Origin: the human T2T-CHM13v2.0 reference genome, Homo sapiens
Reading direction: 5' to 3' (one strand)
Assembly: GCF_009914755.1 (NCBI RefSeq)
Contig: NC_060947.1
DNA length: 64,000 nt
The notes under the pieces were generated by a model. It did no database searches. It was not told where the DNA came from and saw only the letters and a list, made by a program, of their open reading frames with translations. This document shows, piece after piece, positions 16,602 to 32,626 of the stretch (positions within the stretch are counted from its first letter, which is position 1; each line of letters starts with the position of its first letter). Both the position numbers and the translations under genes were made by a program.

Positions 16602-17047
16602 GTAAGGCAATCACAAAATAGGGCAGTTAGATTTAAGTGTAATATACTAGGGAATGACAATGAGAGAGATGTATCATCAATTTCTTTGCCTTCTCCCCTA
16701 TCATCAGGGAAGGTACCTAACTGCTCCAAGGCCACATGACTCCATGCGCACCAATAGCAAAAACTACATCCAATGCTTTATAGGTTAGGAAAGTACAGGT
16801 TCCCACACTTATATGTGCTCACTTCCATTTCTTGCTGCCCCTCTCTTTATTTACGAAAGGATGAGAACTTGATCCACAAGTGATTTCATTGAGATGTAAC
16901 TCTTATTTTATCCAAAGAGAAGTGTTGGAACATGCTTTGATTATCAGGTGAGGGCTCTGTGCACATTTTCATGCAAATGTCTTAGATTGGTAACTCTCCT
17001 CCAATGAATGCAAGACCTTCTGCCTTCGGTGATGACTAAGGTGGTAA

Positions 17048-17410
<363 letters not shown>

Positions 17411-17599
17411 TAAGGCAGGCATGTGCTAAACAGGTCACATGACCTCTACTATCCCTGGAATTATAATACTAGTTAGAACAATAGTTTTCAAACTTTGACC
17501 ATGACCTACAGTAAGAAATACATTCATCATAGTTACTTAGAATACATTCTCCACACGTATACATTCATGGGTGTATGTGTGTGTTGTTTGTCTAAAATA

Positions 17600-17890
17600 C
17601 CACTTCCCCAGGAAACTTTCCAGGCCTACTACACCAGGTCAAGTCCCTCTGTTATACTCTCTCAGCACTCTGCTTTTGTCCTTTCTAAGTACTCATTACA
17701 ATTGGAATGAAATAATTGCATAACAAAGATGTTGAACCCATCTCTAGATCTGTATTCTAGGGCTTTCTGAGGGCAGGGACCTTCTTCCTCTCTTATAGAA
17801 CAGCAGTATAGGAAAAACTGACCTGAAGCAATAACATTTTGTACATAAGAGCTGCTTAATTAGTACTTGTGACCTGAGTAAATGGATAAA
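17600..17890 (+). mobile_element. L2 3' fragment
   Basis: ttccccaggaaactttcc...gagggcagggacc...gagtaaatggat. Confidence 0.55.
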
Positions 17891-20012
17891 GACCTCAGCA
17901 AGGAGATCCCTGGGTCCTTTTCTTATTTGGAAATCTTGAGGTAGAGCTGGAGTAGGTCATCCAACATGTTCATTGGCATAGCTTACAGAACAACAGCATC
18001 AACATGGTGCCAGGACAGATAGGATGTATCTGGGGAGCAAGGTGTGATACGAGAGCGGGATGTATTATTAATAGTTCTACCTTTTCTCATTATTTTTTCA
18101 GGGCTTGAACATGTTTCTTGTTGGTATCCACTCATATTTATTGCCTCTTTCTTCATCTCATTTATTTATTGTGTCATTACCAACTTAACCCAGTTTTATT
18201 TATCTTCTTTTTGACTGCCTGTTGGCAAAAAAATATCAAAACTTAAGAAAAATGGGTGTTTTCTAGAAAGTTGGGTAAAAATACACTATTGTTTTGTTGC
18301 TTAATTTCTTTATGCTGCCTTGCTCTGTGAACAAAGTAGAAAATAATACATTTATTTTGGAAAATAAGCTCAATAAAGACAGGAGTTAGGAACCGTCCCT
18401 TGACTAACTACTGAGGGAAAGCCCTTTCTATAGAATAGAATTTACATCCTGTGAGTTGCTCATGTTTTTAGTAAGATGGATTAAATTGCATGTATATGTC
18501 CAGAGTCAATTAATGGGAAACATAGAACCAGAATCCAAGTCAATTTTGTCCATTACTTCTTTCTCAAGAGTAAACACCCTCAGCTGGATGACAAATAATG
18601 ATTGCCAGGCAAGGTTTATGTTATTACCTCTACAAGTAGGAAGTTGATGCAAAGCAAAACTCTCACCTGACATCTGTTTTTTTTAATCACCCTTATAGCA
18701 AGTTAGTTTTAAAGAAGTGAGAAAGACATGCGTGAACAGGCAATTTTGCTCCCAGATCAAACTTCTTCTTATAACCAGACGTGGCTTCATGTTCCAGCAA
18801 AGCAAGATATTCCCAGGCCATAAGGTAACAAAGGCCTGGGACACTGTGGTGTCCACATTTCTCACTTCTATGAATGAGTGCCCACAGGAATGTGTTCATA
18901 ACATGTAACAAAGTCAACTTGTGAGTTGCTGATACACATCTCTCTTATGTCATACAACTGCTGCCATTAGCGATTCATGGCAGTGTCCTTGCCCGGCAGT
19001 CATGCATATCCAAATGAGGCATACTCCCTAGCTATTACAAGAGTCCTGTCTGGCTGCAGGCATTGACTGACTTCTCCTTTTTATCTCAACTTAAAATCAG
19101 TGCCTTGCTCCCATCCAGTGCCACATGAAATCCAAGGAATCAAAGTGTAATCTCCGCTGCCACTCCTCATGTTCAAAACATGGACCATTATGCAATATTA
19201 AAGCATGAATCCTGGAACTCTGTTAATGTTGTGAAATAGGTGAGTAGTTAGCAAGAATTACCATTCTGACAGTGCAGTGGAAAAACTTCATTCATTGTAA
19301 AAAGCAGGGAGTTGAGTTTCTATATGGGGTTGCCTTTCACGTCCCCTCCCCTTGCAGAGATAATGAAAAAATGCCCAGCTATTTTTCAGATGTGATGTTT
19401 ACTTTCTTTTCCAAGAGGTTCTTTGGAGGAATACACAGAAATATTTTATAGAACCACAAAATAATAGAGGTAAAATAAGCTTTGGAATAAAATAAGCAAA
19501 TAAGACTAGTTTCTAGTCTACGATTTCTGGGAAAATGCGAGAACTTTAGTTAAACTTGTTTATTTTATTCTAGGTGAATTTTATTAACTTAAAGGATCAT
19601 AAAATAATAATGATCATCTCTACTTTTAAAATCCACATTTCTATCAATTATTATATGCATATTCCAGTGTGTACAGATAAAAAGATATTCAAGTACAACT
19701 AAACCTAGAGATTTCATCAGAAAATAATCCCCAAAATGAGCTGCTATTGCAAAATGGAAAATATGATGTAAACAGGCATTTTGGGCTTTCAGATAAACAG
19801 CATAAATTTTTGAACAGGATACGTCTTGTTTTCCACAAAGAGAAAAACAAGGTGTAGTGAAGAGCGTTGAATTGTGTCTGATTTCTGATCTTGCTTTTAA
19901 CAAATGAGAACGTCTCAGCTAAGTCAACCAGAAACTATTTCCTAATCTATAAATTAAAGGGTTTGGCCTAGATAATTTCTAGTCTTTTCTGGCTTCAACC
20001 CCTCCCTGCTTA

Positions 20013-20054
20013 CTCTCTCTCTCTCTCTCTCTCTCTCTTTCTATATATATATAT

Positions 20055-20087
<33 letters not shown>

Positions 20088-20199
20088 CACACACACATAT
20101 ATATATATATATACACATATATATATACACATATATATATGTATATATACACACACATATATATATATATAAACACACACACATATATATATATATATA

Positions 20200-20200
<1 letters not shown>
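20013..20200. repeat. Compound (CT)n-(TA)n/(CA)n microsatellite abutting an Alu tail
   Basis: Seen directly. Confidence 0.97.
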
Positions 20201-20480
<280 letters not shown>

Positions 20481-23400
20481 TAACAGGTTGGAGTGTTACC
20501 TGAATTTTCATCAATCTTGGGAAACATATAGCTGCTAACAGTTTTAACTTCCTACTCTATGTTTAACTCGTTTAACATATTAAAACACGCAGACAATATT
20601 AAACTGCAGCAACACATGGAGAAGAAAAGCATCGTGGAAATGGGGTAAGATGGGACTCTAGAAGTGTTTAAAACCTCCCATGCTGAAATTTTAAGTAAAT
20701 GTTGACGGGCAATGGTTAAATTGTAAAATAAATGAATTTGTTGTCACTGAAATTTAGAATACTCCTACCTCTTCTTATGTTTTGCCCTTTTAAGATACAA
20801 ATTAAAATTTTTAAAAAATAGAAGAGCTCAGAAATAAAGTGATGGGGATAATATGCATACCTATACTACCACACTTTTCCTTTCACCAGTTACTTTGGAA
20901 AGTATCCTATGGAGTTTTGATTTTAGTAGAATTCATGTGAGGCAAAAGATGGCTTATTATTTCTATTGTGTAAAATCTCCAAACCACTGGGCAGTTATAA
21001 GACTTTTTTTTTTTTTAAGCTCAAACACAGGTCAAGGCTATAGGTGGGAGTTCTTGAACAATAAACAAAGTGAGAAATGGTCTTAATTTTTTGTTATTGC
21101 TGCTTTGAATGACACACAGACACATGTACTAACACAGGCAAGACTCTTGCTGCACGGATATATGTATTTTTGTAGAAAAGATCAAACTAAAATGAATTCA
21201 CTGCCTGGCATCATGTTTTCATCTGCCTTCCATTTTCCACAAGGGTGTACTCCACTTGCTTAGACTTAGGCAATTTAAAAATTCTTGATCTTAATGTCCT
21301 CTAAAATGTACAGACTTTATAGCTTAGATTTTAAGAGACACCATTACCTGACAGGGTAATGACAGTTTTATTTGCACTGGTGACTGGATTTGCTGTGATA
21401 CTTAAGCAATAATACAAATAAAATGATAATTTTTTTGAGAGGATGTCAGGGAAGGAGAAAGAAAAGAACAAAATGCATCGCATTTAACTTGGTTTAAAAA
21501 CACAACACACTGCAGCTTCCCAAAGCTTCTTATTTTACTGGAAAAAAAAATCCCTTAGCAATTCATCTTCCTTTGGGCGCATGAATGACATTTTACTGTG
21601 ATGTGATTATAAGAAACAAAATCCCTCGGAGATGCTGCCTTAAAATATTTTTCTTTATAATGTTCTGAGCTCGACAAACCTTGGTAGAAAACAGAATACT
21701 CTTAATTATGAATAAATTAACTAAATTAGTAACATGAGATGGATATGCAATTAAGGGATTGTTAATTGAAACTGGAAACACAGCTGTATACAGCTTAGAG
21801 ATGAATCATACCAGTAATGACGCAGATGTTTATAAAATGTGATTATCTTTAGTGGAGACAGCGCTGCATCTCCCAAGCCCATTCTTATATTGTGTCACTG
21901 AAATGGTTTTTAAACCCGTGAACACCAGGAATCAGGATCTCAGGGACGGCAAATTAGGCTCCCTGGATATGGGAATTAGTGTTGTCTGAATGTCAGCAAT
22001 TTGATTCTCCAGCTTTCAAAGAATGTAGATATGGAGCCAACAACAAACATCTGTTAGTTGCATGGTCTTCAAAAAAACAAAAACAACCAAAAGTTGCTGG
22101 CAAACCAGTCCCTGCTTCAATCAGAGAAGACGGTAAAGTATCTGTAAACAGTCACACTGCTGTGTGTGACTGTTAGAAACATATAGAAAAGAGAACCCCA
22201 GGGCACAGTGCCAGAGACCTTATGCACAAATGGTAAATGCCCCCTCTGCTGGCAGAGGCTCTAAAACATTTTCTGCTCTTTTCCCGGCAGTGAACCCAGA
22301 AGAAAAAACAAAATCTTCACAACTAAGGAAGCAGTAGGAAAATGCCGTCATTACACTCACTGTATGTTGAAATGTACTAAAATTATCAATATTCTGTTGC
22401 ACTTTGGAAACTTCCGTTTTTTGCTTATCCACACCATTTTCCCCCATGTGCAATTCCCATTTGCCCCAGGGAAGGGAAATGTCTCTATGGTTCTAGATTT
22501 TAATCGAGTTACATGATCTCTGCATAGACTGTGATTGGACAAGGTTGAGGGGAGACTGGATACTGTGTCCTAACCATAGTTTAATGATTATGGAATGAAG
22601 GGCTCAGCTACATAGACTAGTCTTTGGAAATCAGGTTTTTGGTTTCTGGACAAAGCTTGTGGCATTATTCAAACCAACAACTATTAGGCTGGATGGTGCT
22701 TACAAAGATGGAAGATGGTAGACATCAGTTTTTTACGTAAAGTGCAAACTAACCACTGTAAGGTGTAGTCAAAAAAGAAATAATACATAATTTTAGATAT
22801 TGACCAACAGAAGATATATTTGTCACCTTAGCTTAGCTTCTCTTTCAAAATTATCAATGTCCTTAACAAAATCTAGTGCTGTAAAGGAAAATAAAACAAC
22901 AGATAGTCTGACATTAGTTAATACTTTCCTCTATCAAAAGGATGCAGAAAACTTAGGGCATCCTCCTTGAATTCAGGGGAGACCTTTTACTACAACGTTT
23001 AACGAAGTATTTGGATGACTTGAGGCTCAAATAAACAACTCAGTTTTCCACTGTGTTGACTGTGGGCATATGGGGTGTAGCTGAGTTGTGAGTCTGTTAA
23101 AAGAAAATACACTTTCAGGAATGAATAAGGAGAAAAACGCAAACACATAAAAAGACACACCACTATATATAGTTTTCTCTCTATGTTGGATACCTATAAA
23201 TGTGGGATTTGTTGAATTTTGATCACAAAGTCTTTCTATCCTATGTGTTAGTCTGCACAAGTACAGGCTTTGCCTATAATTTCAGTATTGATTTGCTGTT
23301 ATACAGGTTCCAACTTGTCTAAATTTCATTACCTGAAGGGACAGCTTGCAATTCCATATACAGGTATAATAAAAGCAAGATGAGTACATGCATACTGTGA

Positions 23401-24079
23401 GCTCTGAAAAGGCACTTTTTCTACAATGGCTGTGCCAAATTCTTCATGAGACTGTTATTCTGTTGCAAATGGTGATAAGAAAGCCAATATCATACATTAT
23501 TTACTAGCATTTGTACTAATATTTTCAATTCTGAACCTCATTATAATCACACTTGTTTCAGAACCCATTTGTGGACATACCCAGCTATTTGCCTAACTAA
23601 CAGCTATTTACTTCTTGTTCCTTGGTAAAGAAGCTCAATTATGTTCAGATATTGGGCAACAAAGGACACAGCTCTGAGGAAAAAATTAAAATCTGGTCTA
23701 AGCCAATCACAGTAAGCTTGTTTCTCATAGCCAGTGATTGGCTTAAAGAGGTTCAGTGAGATCCAGTTCTAGTTGACACATAAGAAGAAATTTGTTGGGG
23801 AGCTTCTGGGAAACGTTTGCTTTTCCAAACACAGACACACAGGCATGAGTACACACACACACACACGCACACAATACAGTTATCCTTGAACCTTATTCCT
23901 TCTTGCCTTGGTTATTGTTGTCTGCGGATATGTTGCTTGGCGCAGTGGGAAGCCATCTTGGGACCATGAGGAAAAAGACAAGAGAATCCCAGAGAAGCTG
24001 ACCTCAAGTCTTGATATAGCTAATCTGTTGAATTAACCAGCTCTAGGTCTGATGGTCTTTGGACTTCAGTTTATTTTGA

Positions 24080-24266
24080 TTAGTGGTTCTCAAAGTGCAG
24101 TTCCTGACCACAGGAGTAGCAGCATAACTTGGCAACCTACTAGAAATGTAGAATCTCGGACTCCACGCTGGACCTACTGCATCAGAAACGCTGGGAGCAG
24201 CCTGCCAGCCTGTAGTTTAACAAGCCCCCAGGGGATTCTGATGCATACTAAAGTTTGGGAACTGTG
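24080..24266. mobile_element. MER5A
   Basis: tagtggttctcaaagtg...ttaacaagcccccaggggattctgatgcatactaaagtttgggaac. Confidence 0.85.
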
Positions 24267-24339
24267 CTAGATTATCAAATGTCTCTATTATTTCTAATGT
24301 GTCTATTATTAACGATAGGGTTTTCACTTCTTGCCTGAT

Positions 24340-24472
24340 TCCACTGGAGTTCGTGTTAAAAAAAAATATATTCCCAAGTCTATTGCATCAGAATCTCCAG
24401 TGAAGGGGCTTGTGAATTAATAATTTAATCAAGTGCCCCTGGTGATTCTTATGACCAGAAAACCTTGGGAAA
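24340..24472. mobile_element. MER5B-like fragment
   Basis: catcagaatctccag...aagtgcccctggtgattcttatg. Confidence 0.6.
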
Positions 24473-26260
24473 GACAAACTTAAGAACTTTAAAGTCAGGT
24501 ATCTGTTACTGGCCTCTGAAAGTATTCTAACTGACATTCCATCTGCAATCTCCTGTTTCAACTGGCCGCAGCTCCAGGACCACTCAGGTAAGCAGATACT
24601 AGCTCTTGCCTTGGCAAATATATTATGAAGTCTTAGCTTGGAGAGCCTTTGACTTAAAGTGAGGTTTACATTTCTAAGATGTTGGTTTCTTGACTTAACT
24701 GTCTATTTGAATTCCTGATCTTTTCCATTCAGAGCCTGTTTACCCGAACTCCCCACTTCAGCTACAGTCTGAATTCCTAACCTCGTGTACATTCTTGATC
24801 AGTGTTATCTGGTGGCCTCACCAACCCTGCCAGAATTTCAGAGCCCCTCTCAAGTAATTACAGGGGTAATCATGCATTCCTTAACTCTTAGGCTGCATTC
24901 TTAGGGGGCAGATTCCTACCTACTAACCTTGAACCTGCTGATGCCCATGAGGCTGGCATGAAAGCAGGAACAATTAGTCTGTTAAAAACTAAACATATAT
25001 TCCTGAAGTCTGAAAAAAGGTTCTACTCATCCAAATAGAAATAATTGAGAACTCTAAAATATTTAACTTTAAATGGTCTGGAATCATCAATGTTCTTTCA
25101 GGTTGAATGAATATTTTACATTAAAAACTTTCTGTCCCTTGTTTACTTGGCCAAATAAGGTAAAAAGGTCAAAACAATCTTAGTGAAATTGTTTCCTTAT
25201 GAATGACAAATGTAAAGAGTCAAAAGAGGAATTAAGGTAAATAATTTAATTATATTTCATCTCCCCTAATTACATGTTTTTCATTTGCTTAGATATTACT
25301 TATTTCACCTCTGCTGCCTTCCCCACCATATACCCGATAACTCAGTCATTCCAGACTTATAAACTACCTCAGGTTATATCAGATCTTCCCAGACCTGGTT
25401 TTCTTCCTAGAAAACCATTCCATTTTTTTCTTTACCTCTTGGAACCCTACTCATTGCTCGAGTCTAAGCTCAAATGTCACCCCTTGTGCAAAATTTATTG
25501 CTAACTCTTCTGCACATTAATATCATTTCTGGGGGGCTCACATCTCTAGTGGAGCCCTTGTAATACTGTATGTAGTTCATGTATTAATCATCTTTGAAGG
25601 GAGCCTGTGTCATGTACATCTTTGTCCCTCCTATTGGGTAGAGGGTCTCGAGACTAATGTAGTCACTGATAAAATACTGAACTGAACTTCATGCAAAAGT
25701 GATTTCTGAGAAAAGGCATTAACCAAATAGTGCCTTAATTTTATTACTTGTTTTGCAGGTTTTATGTACTTAATTGCAAGTAGGAGGCTAATGAAAAATG
25801 TTTAGTTTTTGCAGTGTGGTGGTGGTGAGGGGCATCCCAGCTTGAGTGGTAGAGGTCCCAGCTTAACACAGAAATTTAGATAAATGTGGCAAATTGGTGG
25901 GATGGGCAATGTATCTCATCTGCACTGAGAGAAAAGCTCAAGGTGTAACCATTTCTGGGGCTACATGTCTAGTCATCTCTAAGAGATTGGTGGCTCCCCA
26001 GACATCCATTGCAGGGACACTAAGGAGGTCTCTTAGGAGAAGGCGTAATGAAAGAACATATTATAAACCAGGTGCTTTGCTCAGTAGAAAAGCCTCGGTC
26101 AACAAGAGAAAGAGAAAGAGTGGTTTTGAGAATACTGTGGTGTCTGCTACTTAGATTTATCTTCTGGTTCAGTCATATCTGAGTCCCATGCATCTAAGTC
26201 AGAATTATTTGCAAGACCATGTGCCAGATGAGATGCTTTCTGCTGCAGGTTGTAGAAAAC

Positions 26261-26676
26261 TGATATGGGTTGGATGTTTGTTCCCTTCAAATCTCATGCT
26301 GAAATGTAATCCCCAGTGTTGGATGTGGGGCCCGGTGGGGGAGACTGGATCATGGGGCTGGATCCCTCACGAATGGCTCAGTGCCATTCTTGCAGTAATA
26401 AGTGAGTTCTCACTCAGAGTGAGTTCATGTGGGATCTGACTGTTTAAAAGAGTGTGGCACCTCCCACCCCCTCACTCCATCTCTCACCATGTGACACGCT
26501 GGTTCTCCTTTCACCTTCCACCATGATTGTAAGCTTGCTGAAGCCCTCACCAGAAGCAGAGGCTGTCACCACACTTCCTGTACAGCCTGCAGAACCATGA
26601 GCCAATGAAATCTCTTTTCCTTATAAATTACCCAGCCTCAGGTATTCCTTTATAGTGATGCAAATGGAATTAACAT
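26261..26676 (+). mobile_element. MST (MSTB-like) MaLR solo LTR
   Basis: tgatatgggttggatgtttg...aaattacccagcctcaggtattcctttatag...taaca; aaaac flanks both sides. Confidence 0.9.
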
Positions 26677-26847
26677 AAAAACCCAACACAAAATGTCTTG
26701 ACTAGTCAAGGCCCACAGAGGCAAAGCTGCTCCAGGACTGGGTAATCCAGAAGCACAATGACATTATTCCAGGTTCCTCCCATCCTTCCATTCTGCCATT
26801 CTTGGTGAACTGTCCACATACTCACAACGTAGCTACTGAAATTCTGA

Positions 26848-26985
26848 TCTATTCACTCGTTCATTCAACAAATATTTACCACGCTAAGATCTATTCTTAG
26901 GTAATTTGGATACATTAGCTAACAAAACAGACAATATCCCTGGCCTCATGGAGCTCACCTTCTCATAGTGAAAGACAATTTAAAA
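26848..26985 (-). mobile_element. L2 3' end
   Basis: attcactcgttcattcaacaaatattta...ccctggcctcatggagctcac. Confidence 0.75.
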
Positions 26986-26995
26986 AAGTATATTA

Positions 26996-27296
<301 letters not shown>

Positions 27297-27354
27297 TTAC
27301 ACATGTTAATCCTGCAGAATGAGTGTATGATAGGAAAAACCAGAAAAAACAGGA

Positions 27355-27920
27355 CAGATGTTCCTTTTGCTATATATCACCCTAGAACTTACTGGCTAAA
27401 AATAACCATTTATCAGTATTGCTCATGGTTCTGTGAGTTGACTGTGCTCAGGTGGGTGTTTCTTGCTTGGGTTCTTTCATGTGTTTGCAGTCAGATAGTA
27501 GCCAAAGCTGAATTGATCTGAAGGCTCCATTGGAATGGCTGTTACAGTTTTTTCACTTGTACATCTGGCTCCTCACTTGGGATGGCTGCGGATCTTCGGC
27601 CAACAGCTGGGGGCTAGCCACGTATTTGTCTTTCCATGCAGCTTCCCCATGTGGCTAGCTTAGATTTGTGGCTTCTTCATGTAGACAGCACAGTGGCCTT
27701 AGAGTAGACTTAGTACAGGGCAGATCACTTTCCCCAGAGTGAGCATTCCAGAAGACCAAGACAGAAGCTACAAGACTCCTTCTTATTTAGCTTTGAACTT
27801 CTTGCAGAATCAATTCTACCTCCTTCAGTTTGTTGTACAGGAGCAGCCCAGATTTGGTGTGTTCCTCTACACAAGGAACAATTGCCTGGAGACATGATTC
27901 ACAGGGAGGAGGGAGTGCCT
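27355..27920 (-). mobile_element. MLT1 (F-H-like) LTR
   Basis: ttgctcatggttctgtgagttgactgtgctcaggtggg...ttccccagagtgagcattcca. Confidence 0.7.
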
Positions 27921-28934
27921 TCCTAGAAGAGCTATCATAAAAAGGTAAGTGGGAAATGGATTCAGATGGCTGGGAAGAGGGAGATGGGGCAGTTGCTGTC
28001 TAATTAGTGTGGTCAAATTTTAAGAAGGTTTTTTTTTTTTTTAAGTTGAGATTTGAATAAGACTTGAAGGAAATGACAGAGTTAGTCACAAAGATTTCTG
28101 GAGAAAGAATGTTCCAGGTAGAATAAAGAACTACGCATAGTGCCCGGAGAAGGATGCCTGTTTAGTTCTCTAGACGAGAAAAACCTTTCTCAGAAGGTCC
28201 CTTAGCTGAATGCCCTTTGTATTTTATTACCTAAAATTGCGTAATATGACCATGTCCAATTCCGAAGAGGGCAATCAAGACTGCGAGAGCACCATGAAAT
28301 AGCTCAGGACTATCATTATGTATTCCCTTGGGTTGGGGCTTCCCTTGATGCACATGATATGCAGAGGAGGGTAGATCCTCAACAAGCCTGGTGGCTGCCA
28401 GCAAAGGAGAAGGGTGTATATGGACACATTTGGGGAAAAGAAAACAAGAGTATCTTTCTTCCCCACACCCTGGGGATTAAACAATACTCCTTTTGGGCCT
28501 GTCTAACAGGACAACTCATCCCATTTTCCCAGCCCTAGATCCTGACTATCAGCAGAGAATTCTTGTGCTTGGTGTAAGAGCAGAAAAGGCTGGAAAGGCA
28601 GCGATAATGACCAGGATCAGCATCTAACTCACCCAGTGGCAAAGGGGCCACCACCCACAGAAGGTTTAAAAGTGTACACTCAACAGATAAGCAGTAGGTA
28701 GCATTCATAATGGGAAAATATGACTCTGAAAGAAAATTTTTATGTGGCACTGAGATACTTTGAGATGCATGATCAATGAAGGACCTAATTCAAAGAGGGT
28801 AACATTAAAATTCCCAAGTACAGCACAGCCACAAAAGCTGTAGCCACATGGGCAACTTTACTGCCCCTACAGTTTAAGTGTCTGATGGGAATGCCAGACC
28901 TAAGAATTGGAATTGGGGGTCCTGACTTGTTTGA

Positions 28935-29253
<319 letters not shown>

Positions 29254-29529
29254 CAAGTCAAGGTCTTTTTATATTTCCTCAGTGTCACTTACAATAATCC
29301 ACCTACACTTGATTTTCTCTGTTACAAAAAGATAGTATATTAAAAGGTAGTTCAGTCGATATTTATGGATGGAAACAGAGGTGAATATTTAGAAAGACTA
29401 AATCAAACTGAGATAATAAAGAAATATAAGCTATAATTCAGAGGAATGGAATGCCAAAAGTAAGGGGAGTGGAATCTGAAGTTCATGACTATGCTCTCAT
29501 ATTTTTTTCCTGCCAGCTGTTGGTAGAAA

Positions 29530-29864
<335 letters not shown>

Positions 29865-29944
29865 TGAAACTAGAAGCCTGTTCAATTTTAACAAAAGGAT
29901 GCAGATATGATGCAACTGTTGAACATAAGACAAATTAAAATATT

Positions 29945-30267
<323 letters not shown>

Positions 30268-31049
30268 CAAATTAAAATATTTTCATTGCAAATACAAAAT
30301 ACCAAGAGGTTCTATATATAATCTTTGAAAGTACCCTTTCTATTTAAAGATCAGGATTTTTTTTCACATGTCTAGAAAGAAATTTGGTTCAATTCTATTC
30401 ACTATGTATTTATTGGGAACCCATTAGATGTGTAATATAATCAAATATCAATAGATTATAGAAAAGAAGAGAGTCCTTTTTCTTACAACCCAGCAGGGCG
30501 GAAAGGATTAAATTCTTCTTATAAAGGGAGAACAAATAGATTAGAAAAGACGCTGCGTAGTCAAGTTCAGAAAAGTGAGAAAGTTTAGAAAGGTTTCATA
30601 GAGATGAACTGCAGTTCTAATAATAAAACTTAACATTTTTATAACATTTGATAGTTTCGGAAGCAGTTTCACAGACCTTATCTCATTGCTTCACATGGAC
30701 CTTGTAAGACAGGTGGGATTTGGATAAGTAGTTCCTTTAAAAAATGTCTTCGAATATTGTACATTTAGACTGACAAATGCCTTTATTAGAATAAAGGGAA
30801 AAGGTATGTGAGAGACATAGAGAGCAAATTTTGGGTTCTAGTTCCACAACTAACTAGCTGTGTGAACTATGAACTATCATGTGGTGTCTTTGTAAACTCA
30901 AGGGTTGGATTTCTGGACTTTCTGTGCTGAAGTGTAAAACTAAAAATATTAAAATATTCAGTAATTCAAAGTGGATATTTTAAAAGCAATGAAACATATC
31001 AGTAGATTCAATTGTTTTCTTATTTATTTTTATGATTTGATATTTTATA

Positions 31050-31944
<895 letters not shown>

Positions 31945-32094
31945 TAAGTGTTGGTTAACCTTATGAAGCCACAAATTTAGATGTAAGTACTACGTCTTCA
32001 GAAATTATAGTTTTTTTCCCCTAATTTTTCTCCTCTGGTATAACTTTCTGCTTATTTTTATAGTTTTCAGTAACATTTTAACTTAGTTTTATGC

Positions 32095-32320
32095 ATTCAT
32101 CTATTCAAGACATTTATAGAATGCTTACTATATGAAAGACACTGCCAAATGTCAGTAGATGTGGTATTCAGGGCCTCTGTCCTTATGGAGCTCACATTCA
32201 GATAGGGGAAACAGACTTTCATTAAACAAGCCACCAAACACATAGCTATAGATTTTCGTAAGTGCTGTGAAGAAAGCAAACAGGATGCTCTCTGTGATAA
32301 TGATGGGAAATCTTCCCTAG
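32095..32320 (-). mobile_element. L2 3' fragment
   Basis: cattcatctattcaagacatttatagaatgcttacta...gtccttatggagctcacattc. Confidence 0.7.
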
Positions 32321-32564
32321 ATGTGACTTAATTATACATTAACTCTGCAGTCCATTACTGCAAATGATCCCTAGTTATTCAATTTACATACTGGAATTTT
32401 ACAACCCTGTTTAGTTAGTCCCAGGCTTCAGGCCATTTAAAACAAAAGATATAGATGAATAGAAGAGTCACTCAGCTTGTCTTCATCCTTCAGATCTCGG
32501 TCAAAGGTCACTTTTATTGGGAGGGTGTCCTGATTGCCCTTTCCTGCCTCTCACCCTTACTGCA

Positions 32565-32565
32565 G

Positions 32566-32625
<60 letters not shown>
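32565..32625. repeat. (GC)5(AC)25 microsatellite within an L2 fragment (about 32480-32850)
   Basis: Seen directly. Confidence 0.97.

Positions 32626-32626
<1 letters not shown>

Larger units (their letters stand above)
23570..24537 (+). mobile_element. Old MLT1 (J/K-like) LTR interrupted by MER5 elements
   Basis: ctaagccaatcac...gtgattggctta, gccatcttgggaccatgagg; 3' end tctgttact...ttctaactgaca. Confidence 0.7.

Noticed and set aside
23699-23745. Perfect 12-bp inverted repeat TAAGCCAATCAC / GTGATTGGCTTA (paired CCAAT boxes)
   Set aside because: Lies in an MLT1 LTR where I recall this repeat being part of the family consensus; too short a stem for a pre-miRNA.
25151-25160. Perfect CArG box CCAAATAAGG
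   Set aside because: Several are expected by chance in 64 kb of AT-rich DNA, and no supporting motif cluster was seen.
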